From an uncultured cyanobacterium (lineage in GTDB: Bacteria; Cyanobacteriota; Cyanobacteriia; Cyanobacteriales; Nostocaceae): a stretch of 64,000 nucleotides of DNA. The first letter of the stretch is position 1, and the number at the start of each line of letters is the position of its first letter. A program made the translations under genes and the position numbers. The notes under the pieces are model-generated. The model ran no database searches, had not been told where the DNA came from, and saw only the letters and a list, made by a program, of their open reading frames with translations. Location of the stretch: assembly GCA_963740315.1 (NCBI GenBank), contig CAVUDP010000002.1:608001-672000 (forward strand), in the 5' to 3' direction. Below, piece by piece: positions 28,699 to 36,470 of this stretch.

Positions 28699-31656
28699 CT
28701 ACTGAAAAGACCTCCCGACGGCACACACCACACGAAAACCAATACTGCTATAGAGGTAGGCGCGCGTAACATAGCTGAGGCGAGACGCGGAACGGCAGGA
28801 GTCTGGATCGTTGACCCAGGAACCGCCCCGCAGCACGGCTGTACCAGATTTTTGAAAAAGATTATCATTATTATTGTCAAACCAAGCACTGCCATCTGTG
28901 GGCGCATTTTCATAGTTTGAATGCCAATCATCAAGACACCATTCCCAAACGTTTCCGTGCATATCAGATAGCCCAAAGGCATTAGCTGCATTAAAACTGC
29001 CTACTGGCGTTGTTGTTTTCCGGTAAATCCCTTTGGAACCAACACCGTAAGTTTCGGTAGCATCATAATTGGCTAACTCGGATGTAATTGTTTCACCAAA
29101 ATGAAATGCTGTTGTCGTACCTCCACGGCAAGCATATTCCCATTCTGCTTCGCTAGGTAAGCGATATTCTCTTCCCGTGTGCTTTGATAGTCTGGCACAA
29201 AATTCTACCGCATCGTACCAAGAAACTGACTCTACCGGACAGCGATCGCTCTCTTTGCGGTTTTTAAAATAACTAGGATCGAGGGAGAGGTCACGTTCGA
29301 CTTTCAAATTTTCACGAGATGCGATCGCTCGCCACTGTGCTTGGGTTATGGGATACCTGCCCATAAAGAACGATCGAACTCTTACTTCGTGTTGGAGACG
29401 TTCTGACTCTCTACTACCTTGCTCCGTTTTTGGTGCGCCCATTGTGAATGTACCATCAGGAATCAGTACCATTTCTAGTTCAATTCCCGAACCCAAGTTT
29501 TCAACAAAGTATTGATTTTGTTGACGATGGCGGTTAATTATTAATTCTGTTTTCTTGAGTTCAATGGTGGCAACATCAAATTCAAAGGGTTGGGGGTTAA
29601 TATCTTCTTCAACAGATATGGTTGGTATTCTAAATTTAAGGGTTTGTAGTTCACTACTAACAAATCTACCTCGAAAATCAATTCTGCCTTCCTTTGGATA
29701 CTGCAACCATCCTTCAAATAACTTTCCTTTGTGACTATCTTCCCAAAAATAGCTATTTTCACTATTTAATTTAAAATTGATGCCAGCAGCAGTTTGATTA
29801 CTATCGGAATTCCAAGATAGGGTTTGTGCTTCAAATTTTAAATTTTTAATTACTGCCAAACCAAACCGGGAACGAAACTTGACTTCACCCTGGGGAGAAA
29901 TAAATAAATGTTCTGGTTCTGATTCTTTTTGCCAAATACCAGCTTTTCCACCCCATTTAACCGCACAAGTATATTCTCCAGCATATTGCTGCATAAACTC
30001 AAGTTTTTCAGCCTCAAGAGCATACTTTCCTCCCAATTGTCGTAGAACTTGAGCCTTAAATTTTGCAAAGGGACGAATCTTGGCTTCTAGAGCATCATTA
30101 CCATGATATGTAAGTAGCTGGGCATCAAATTCTTTTACTGATAACCCTAATCTTTCAACAATAGATTCAGTTACTCGATCGATAACTGAAATTTGTTTAT
30201 GAGGTGGGACAAAATCTCTGAGTAATTCTCTTACACCATCAATAAACTCATAGGTAATATACTCAGTATCATCTTGCTGAGAAACTGGTAAACGTTTGAG
30301 CATTCCACTCATAAACACTTCTGCCACATGAATTTGTGTTGACTCTGGCAGCAAGGTTTGCTGAACTAAATGTACCACCGATATACTCACAGGAAGTGTT
30401 GCCATTAATCCCGCTAAAAGTCTGGCTTGTAAAGAAGCGTTGACGCGGAATAGATCGACTAATTCGGCAGCAGATAGTTGGGGTGTAAGTGGTGGGGAAT
30501 CAGCAGATTTTTTTGTCTCTTTACGAGAATAAAAAGAATAAAATTTGAATCCTGCTGTTGATATATTTCCTTGACCTACTATAACTTGTGACCAGATGCG
30601 TAAAGGTTCTGGTTCTAGAGTAACAATAGGAATAGAAATTGAGGAATTAAGATTCTTACGCTTGTTTTCTGCTGCAAATTCATCAATGTCATCTTCATCC
30701 CATAAATTGTAAGTTAGCTGATAATTGTATGCTCCAGGAGCGATATTAGAAAGTAAAACGGGAATTTCATCAACTAAAGCTGTTCTATCCCAAAATCTTT
30801 CTGGAAGTAATTGAATAATCGTAATTAAACCGCGTTGTCCCCATAACTCTAGCACCGGATGAATCAGTTGTTTTCGCCAAATAGCAGAAATACAATCACT
30901 TACCAGTAAAATTAACCGCCTACCTTTAGGATCGATTAATACATCTGGTTTATGAGGAGCTAATTCATCAAACCCCATGCTATTTTGAGGAAATAATTGT
31001 ATTTTTGTTTGTTTTGTTTCTTTTGTTGCGGTCGAAGTTTCTACGCCTTTTAATTTCCAAGTCCGCACATCCCGAAAAGCACCATGATGCTTGAGCAATA
31101 GTTGAAATTCTTTAATTGTTTGTTGCCAAATTTCAGTGATGCTAGTTTCTTCAATTACTAAAGCTAACTCTAACCATTTTTCTGGAGTGCTTTGGAGAAT
31201 TGGTATGCCAATTTCATCTTCTGCAAAGCGTTGAGCTGTAGCTTCCTCATCCAGTATCTTTTCTGTAGAAGATGGTACTTTCCGCATGAGAGGACGAAGC
31301 GCACGTCCTAAAGCCAGGGAATTTCTCAGGGCTGCTGCTGCGGGTATTTTGATGGGAATTGCTTCTGTGTTTTCTTTATCGCTTGGCTTTTGTGTCTCTG
31401 GGGGAGAAGGAACAACTGGGGCTGTTGGTCGATCTGGAGTAACTGGAAGTTTGTTTTCACTCCTTGGAGGAGCTAGAGGTTTATTTGGGGTGTCTGGTTT
31501 TGGTGTAGGTAATGGTGGTGATGGCTCTGTTATTGGCTGGGGTGACTGTTCTGACAAGGATTCCATGTGAACCGCTAACCAGAAAATATCTGCTAATTCT
31601 CTAGCAGTTAAGTCGTACTCAGCTTTTTGTAGAATAGCGATCGCTCGTTCTATCAC
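28699..31656 (-). CDS. VMAP-system vWA component (SAV_2336-like N-terminus) with an internal lectin-like domain and C-terminal FGE-sulfatase domain
   Basis: ELADIFWLA, Pro-rich linker, LGRALRPL, GAFRDVRTW, LILLVSDC..W, YEFIDGVRELL; C-terminal FGE domain; ATGA overlap with the MoxR gene. Confidence 0.85.
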   Translation of the reverse strand: MIERAIAILQKAEYDLTARELADIFWLAVHMESLSEQSPQPITEPSPPLPTPKPDTPNKPLAPPRSENKLPVTPDRPTAPVVPSPPETQKPSDKENTEAIPIKIPAAAALRNSLALGRALRPLMRKVPSSTEKILDEEATAQRFAEDEIGIPILQSTPEKWLELALVIEETSITEIWQQTIKEFQLLLKHHGAFRDVRTWKLKGVETSTATKETKQTKIQLFPQNSMGFDELAPHKPDVLIDPKGRRLILLVSDCISAIWRKQLIHPVLELWGQRGLITIIQLLPERFWDRTALVDEIPVLLSNIAPGAYNYQLTYNLWDEDDIDEFAAENKRKNLNSSISIPIVTLEPEPLRIWSQVIVGQGNISTAGFKFYSFYSRKETKKSADSPPLTPQLSAAELVDLFRVNASLQARLLAGLMATLPVSISVVHLVQQTLLPESTQIHVAEVFMSGMLKRLPVSQQDDTEYITYEFIDGVRELLRDFVPPHKQISVIDRVTESIVERLGLSVKEFDAQLLTYHGNDALEAKIRPFAKFKAQVLRQLGGKYALEAEKLEFMQQYAGEYTCAVKWGGKAGIWQKESEPEHLFISPQGEVKFRSRFGLAVIKNLKFEAQTLSWNSDSNQTAAGINFKLNSENSYFWEDSHKGKLFEGWLQYPKEGRIDFRGRFVSSELQTLKFRIPTISVEEDINPQPFEFDVATIELKKTELIINRHRQQNQYFVENLGSGIELEMVLIPDGTFTMGAPKTEQGSRESERLQHEVRVRSFFMGRYPITQAQWRAIASRENLKVERDLSLDPSYFKNRKESDRCPVESVSWYDAVEFCARLSKHTGREYRLPSEAEWEYACRGGTTTAFHFGETITSELANYDATETYGVGSKGIYRKTTTPVGSFNAANAFGLSDMHGNVWEWCLDDWHSNYENAPTDGSAWFDNNNDNLFQKSGTAVLRGGSWVNDPDSCRSASRLSYVTRAYLYSSIGFRVVCAVGRSFQ

Positions 31657-32657
31657 AGTCCATCTCTAGTATTTAAGTAGCGCAGCAAATGTTCTACTAA
31701 CTTTGTTTTTGCATCTTTATCTTTCTCCTGGCGATCGACAGATTCAATCATGGGGGAATCAGAATTATTAGCTGTATTAGTTAATATATAAATAGCATTG
31801 AGTAATTGGTCTGTAGCTAAATCACCTTTATTTCGTCGCTGGAGAAACTTCTTAATAAGTTTTTCTGCTTGTCCAATAATATCATTGCCTAAATGAGCTT
31901 TAACAATGTTTTCTAATTCCTCTAAATTTGGTTGTGGTAAATCTAACCTCAAACAACGTCGTAAAAAAGCCGGGGGAAACTCTCGTTCACCATTACTTGT
32001 CAAAATAACAACGGGAAATTCTTTACATTCAACTTTGCCTTTGACAATGATTGCTTTCTCGTTGTCATAAGTCTTAACAGTAATGTTGTTTAACTTATTT
32101 ATATTATCTTTATTAGCTATTCTGGCTAACTCAGGGATATCAAATTCTCCTTCTTCAAAAATATTCAACAAATCATTAGGTAAATCAATATCACTTTTAT
32201 CCATTTCATCAATCAATAATACCCTGGGTTTATGCTTATTTGAACAAAATAATGCTGTTCCCAACGTTCCCAATTGAATATATTTACCAATGTCTGCTAA
32301 ATTATCTTGGTCATTAGCTTTAGCATCTTGTAAACGACCAATAGCATCATAACTATACAACCCTTGCTGTAGAGTTGAGCGAGTAGTAATATTCCAACGT
32401 AATACTTCACCTAGATTTAATTCCTTAGCCACTGCATAAGCTAAAGAACTTTTACCCGTTCCCGGTTTTCCAGTTACCAACAAAGGACGACGTAAATACA
32501 ACGCTGCATTTACCAGTTCTATTTCTTCAAGCCTAGCCTGGTAAGTAGAACCTCGTTCTTGTTTCTCAAATGTTCGCCAACTAGGAGGATCGGGAAGTTT
32601 TTTAATATCATCGTGAGTCTTGTCAGGGGTTCCTTTAAATATTTTCCAGGATGTCAT
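31653..32657 (-). CDS. MoxR-type AAA+ ATPase of a VMAP ternary system
   Basis: LRRPLLVTGKPGTGKS, VLLIDEMDK, TSNGEREFPPAFLRRC, ATDQLLNA. Confidence 0.92.
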   Translation of the reverse strand: MTSWKIFKGTPDKTHDDIKKLPDPPSWRTFEKQERGSTYQARLEEIELVNAALYLRRPLLVTGKPGTGKSSLAYAVAKELNLGEVLRWNITTRSTLQQGLYSYDAIGRLQDAKANDQDNLADIGKYIQLGTLGTALFCSNKHKPRVLLIDEMDKSDIDLPNDLLNIFEEGEFDIPELARIANKDNINKLNNITVKTYDNEKAIIVKGKVECKEFPVVILTSNGEREFPPAFLRRCLRLDLPQPNLEELENIVKAHLGNDIIGQAEKLIKKFLQRRNKGDLATDQLLNAIYILTNTANNSDSPMIESVDRQEKDKDAKTKLVEHLLRYLNTRDGL

Positions 32658-32686
32658 AGCTGAATATTAATATATTAATGTAAAAC

Positions 32687-34093
32687 TTATGGTAGTGATG
32701 CAGGTAAAATTTCTGGGGGCAAGATATTTGGGTTATCCCATAATAGGACTATATTATTTCCAATATGATTTTTTTTCCCATAGGCATTCTTGCGTTTATC
32801 TTTTATTTCTTCTGGTATTCTTGCAATCGAACAATCATTAATAATTGCTTCAAAATCACCCATAAACTCTGATTTTTTTGATTCACTTCTTAGCCATAAA
32901 GCAACTGGTATTCCCTCGCTATCAATAGCTTTTAAAATATCATTAGAAGGAGTTTCAAATAGTTTTATACCAATAAATTCATGTGATAATAGATTTCTTA
33001 GAATTTCAGTTTCTTTCGAGTTATCTCCTAAAATTAAATAGGGACAACATACTTGTTCATATTGACTATATAGAGTTTCCCACCTTCCCTCCCAAAATTT
33101 GATTTTTTGATCTTTAATTTTTTTCTTCCACAGCTTTTTGATACGTTGATAAGAACGAATACTAACATGATACTTCATTCCAACTGCGTATAATTCTTCA
33201 TCATCATCATCATCCTCTCCTTCAAATTTTTTGGGAATAAAAGTATCGATTGGTTGGTTGAATAGCTCGCGAGGTAAGAAAAATTCGATTGTTGTAAGAA
33301 CTTTGTCCCATTGAGAAGCGCTTTGGTCAATAAAATATTTTAACAAACAAGGTATTTCTTTGGGTATTTCTTTCAAAGAAAACGTTTCTTTTTTTTGATA
33401 GGTTATCTCTAATGAATTTTTTACCTCTGATTTAGAATCGGATTCAACCAACCAAGATTTAATAATATAATTATTTTGATCTGCTTCCTGAAAGCTGGGT
33501 TCTATTAAAATAATCAAGCAAATTTTACTAGACTCTGGTTTTTGGTTTAATAGCCCATCCAGTTGAAGATGATTATTTTGTCCCCATTGTTTTAATTTGT
33601 TAATCATAGCTTTATCTTGAGCAATTTTTAGAGTACTTAATAATAGAGCTACAAATCGAATAACCGAATCTAGAGAAGATTCTTGTTTGTGAATATCATC
33701 AAGAGTATTGAAAATATCTTCAATATTATTTGACCACTCTTTATACTTAGGAAAACAAACAGAAGATGAATGCTTTAGTTGTTGAAAATAACTCTTTTCT
33801 AAAGGTTTTAATATCTCTTTTAATTCAATAATTGCTGAATTTTCTAATTCACAAATATAATTATTATAAGATTGTTTATTGCATTGAGAAATTGATTGTA
33901 AAAACTTAGGGAATTCATTTTCTTGATGTATTTCAAAATAGTCAAGAATTATCTTATCTCGAAGACTTCTATCCTGATTATCAGCAAACTGATTCCGCAC
34001 CTTAGCAAAATCGTCAAGCGATCGATCGAGTTCTTCAGATGTTAAAGAATTTATTAGTTCCCTTAATTTGGAACGAATGTACTTGTACTTCAT
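32687..34093 (-). CDS. VMAP (vWA-MoxR associated protein): N-terminal adaptor domain plus VMAP-C
   Basis: IEFFLPREL, V.IRS..R, GIPVALWLR and LLWDNP motifs; N-terminal ~85 aa homologous to that of the upstream gene. Confidence 0.8.
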   Translation of the reverse strand: MKYKYIRSKLRELINSLTSEELDRSLDDFAKVRNQFADNQDRSLRDKIILDYFEIHQENEFPKFLQSISQCNKQSYNNYICELENSAIIELKEILKPLEKSYFQQLKHSSSVCFPKYKEWSNNIEDIFNTLDDIHKQESSLDSVIRFVALLLSTLKIAQDKAMINKLKQWGQNNHLQLDGLLNQKPESSKICLIILIEPSFQEADQNNYIIKSWLVESDSKSEVKNSLEITYQKKETFSLKEIPKEIPCLLKYFIDQSASQWDKVLTTIEFFLPRELFNQPIDTFIPKKFEGEDDDDDEELYAVGMKYHVSIRSYQRIKKLWKKKIKDQKIKFWEGRWETLYSQYEQVCCPYLILGDNSKETEILRNLLSHEFIGIKLFETPSNDILKAIDSEGIPVALWLRSESKKSEFMGDFEAIINDCSIARIPEEIKDKRKNAYGKKNHIGNNIVLLWDNPNILPPEILPASLP

Positions 34094-34104
34094 TAACTAC
34101 TTAC

Positions 34105-36012
34105 CTACTGTCCAATAATCCAATAATTTTGCCCATTCTCTTGTTTTTTTCGCAATCCAAATCGTTGTTCGGGAGAAGCATTATGTATCAATAAATCATG
34201 CATATCTTGGAGCAAATCCCGAGCATCTGCGAAATAACCATGACCTAGAAGTGTTAAATCAATATTAGAAACTTCTACTGTATCGATGCCATCAATAACT
34301 GTAATCGGTGGGAAAAAACCAACACGGGGATAATCGTGAATAATACCTGATGTCGCCAAAGCTTTATCTTTAGCAGAAATGTAAAGAGTCGTGCGTTCAG
34401 CTAGGTTTTGATAAGCTTGGGCTAATTCTTGAAAGATATCGGGATCGACATCAGGAGCAGCAAGAAAAAGTTGTCCAAAGGAGATATCACTTCCGGTTTT
34501 AACTTGAGCTAAAATTCGCTGCATTGCCCTGAGTAACCCTCGATTTCCCATACTATGAGCAATAATATGGATTTTTTCTGCCCCACTATTTTGCGCCAAG
34601 TTGAGTAAAAACTCAGTAATATATCTCTCACTGGCTTCAATCGTCGCTTCATCTGCTGCATAGCCAGTTAGTTTTGCTCGTGAAGGCCAGCTATAGAAAG
34701 CCATAATCCCTGACACTTGCAAATCTACACCAATCTGCGCGGCTCGCAAAGCTGCATCTTCAAAACTGACGTTAAAACCGTGAATGAAGACTAAAGCGGA
34801 ACGCTCATCTGGTTGATTTTCTTGTAACATCCGCTGGATTCGATCCCAAAAATTCTTTTCCTGGAGGAGTTTCAAACTCTCTTGCTTGAGTTTGAGGCGA
34901 TCGTCACTCAACGTTAACAACCTCTGCCAAAAGGGAGAACCAGTAGAACCAATTTTATGGGACTTTGGTACTGCTACTTCACAAGTGCCATAGTGAAGCT
35001 GGCGATCGCGCTCTCCAGAAAACCCTTGGGATAGATGCTGCGGGTTTTTCGGTTTGCGGTTAGTTCCGAACCAAAGAGGATATAGGGTAGCTTCAGTTGA
35101 TTGCGTGCGCGTAACACTACGAGTAACTTTTGGTTCTACTTGCTCTTGCTGACGCAGGGATGTATCGCGAGTGATAAAACGTGGTACTGCACTATCTGAG
35201 AAATCCAATAATTTAATTTCATTACGACCAAGTTCAAAAGCACTGTAATATCCCCTGCCAAATCCTAAACCTCGATAAAAACCTGCGGCAAATGTTACGG
35301 CAGATCGATCGCTAATTTCTTTACTCATACCGACAACACAGCTAACTTGCTCGGCAAGTGCATCGGCTTTCTCTAAAGAAAAGCAGGCATTAAGCACAAC
35401 ACATTCTATCCTTCCCCGCACCACAGCCAATAACTCTGCCAGTGCTTGTGAAGTAACTGACTGCGGTTGTCCGTGAGAGTTATGTAAAATAATATCCCCA
35501 TTAGAATTGCCGTGAGCGCTAAAGTGAAGAATTAGCGGTTCATATTGTAGTAAATATTTAGACAGTTCTTCTCCCTGAACTGCTGTTTCGACTTTAACTA
35601 TATAGTTTTTTCCCACTTCTCCTTCTTGCAATCGCTGTCGAATTCGATTGGCTTCTTCCTCCAATTGGAGTCGCTCAGTACCGATTGGATTAGCGGCAAG
35701 AACCAGAATATCGCAGTTTTTATCTTCTGAGACATTAGGTGTTTGATTTAATTTTGAATTTTCAGAACTCTGTAATTCTGTAACATACTTCTGATAAGCT
35801 GTTAAATTGCAGATTTTAATAACTTCTAATAATTTAGGAAATCTTTCTTGATGTATTTCAAAATAGTCAAGAATTATTCTGTCTCTAAGATATTTTTGCT
35901 GTCCATCAGTAAACTCGTTCCGCACAGAAGGAAAATCATCAAGGCATTCATCAAGTTCTTGAAAAGTTAAAGATTTTATTAATTCCCTAAGTTTGGTACG
36001 GTTATAGTTCAT
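34105..36012 (-). CDS. Adaptor domain + CHAT (caspase-like) domain + DUF900 alpha/beta hydrolase
   Basis: ILVLAANP, LHFSAHG and VVLNAC (His/Cys dyad); FGTNR, FIHGFN, YSWPS, AHSMGNR, AAPDVD, GHGY. Confidence 0.85.
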   Translation of the reverse strand: MNYNRTKLRELIKSLTFQELDECLDDFPSVRNEFTDGQQKYLRDRIILDYFEIHQERFPKLLEVIKICNLTAYQKYVTELQSSENSKLNQTPNVSEDKNCDILVLAANPIGTERLQLEEEANRIRQRLQEGEVGKNYIVKVETAVQGEELSKYLLQYEPLILHFSAHGNSNGDIILHNSHGQPQSVTSQALAELLAVVRGRIECVVLNACFSLEKADALAEQVSCVVGMSKEISDRSAVTFAAGFYRGLGFGRGYYSAFELGRNEIKLLDFSDSAVPRFITRDTSLRQQEQVEPKVTRSVTRTQSTEATLYPLWFGTNRKPKNPQHLSQGFSGERDRQLHYGTCEVAVPKSHKIGSTGSPFWQRLLTLSDDRLKLKQESLKLLQEKNFWDRIQRMLQENQPDERSALVFIHGFNVSFEDAALRAAQIGVDLQVSGIMAFYSWPSRAKLTGYAADEATIEASERYITEFLLNLAQNSGAEKIHIIAHSMGNRGLLRAMQRILAQVKTGSDISFGQLFLAAPDVDPDIFQELAQAYQNLAERTTLYISAKDKALATSGIIHDYPRVGFFPPITVIDGIDTVEVSNIDLTLLGHGYFADARDLLQDMHDLLIHNASPEQRFGLRKKQENGQNYWIIGQ

Positions 36013-36254
36013 TGCTTAATTACCTATGTAAATCTCAGTCACTATCAATGGCAACCTACTGCTTTGTCCCATAAAAAATGCCGGGTGAGGGTAAGCAGGG
36101 GGAGCGGAGGAAGCAGGGGAGCAGGGGAAGAAAAAGCTTTTTGTTTTCAAACTACACACCTCATAAGGTTCGTAGTAAGGGCTTTAGCCCCAATCCGGAG
36201 CGAAGACAGCGCTTACTACCAACCTTATTGCCTATCATATTTAATGCAATCGAC

Positions 36255-36384
36255 TAAGTAGGTGGACACAAATAAATGTGTCATTGCGACCGTAGGGAAG
36301 CAATCTCAAAGTCTTGCGGTTGCTTCGTTTCACTCCGTTCAACTCGCAATGACAAATATATAATTAATTTTGTCCAAGTACTTA
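36255..36384. mobile_element. MITE-like element containing a GTCATTGCGA...TCGCAATGAC palindrome
   Basis: Imperfect ends TAAGTAGGTGGACACAAATAAAT / ATTAATTTTGTCCAAGTACTTA around an internal long hairpin. Confidence 0.55.
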
Positions 36385-36470
36385 CTAGCGGTGCGTTTCT
36401 TAATTCCGACGAATTGTAAGACACATAGCACTGCTACGTGTCTATATTTGATGTCGTGGAATAACGAAAA

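Noticed and set aside
27669..28991. Alternative-frame and antisense ORFs over the FGE genes as possible avd or template repeat
   Set aside because: They are shadow frames of the duplicated FGE sequence. I found no third, A-rich non-coding copy of the variable region, and no RT motifs in the window.
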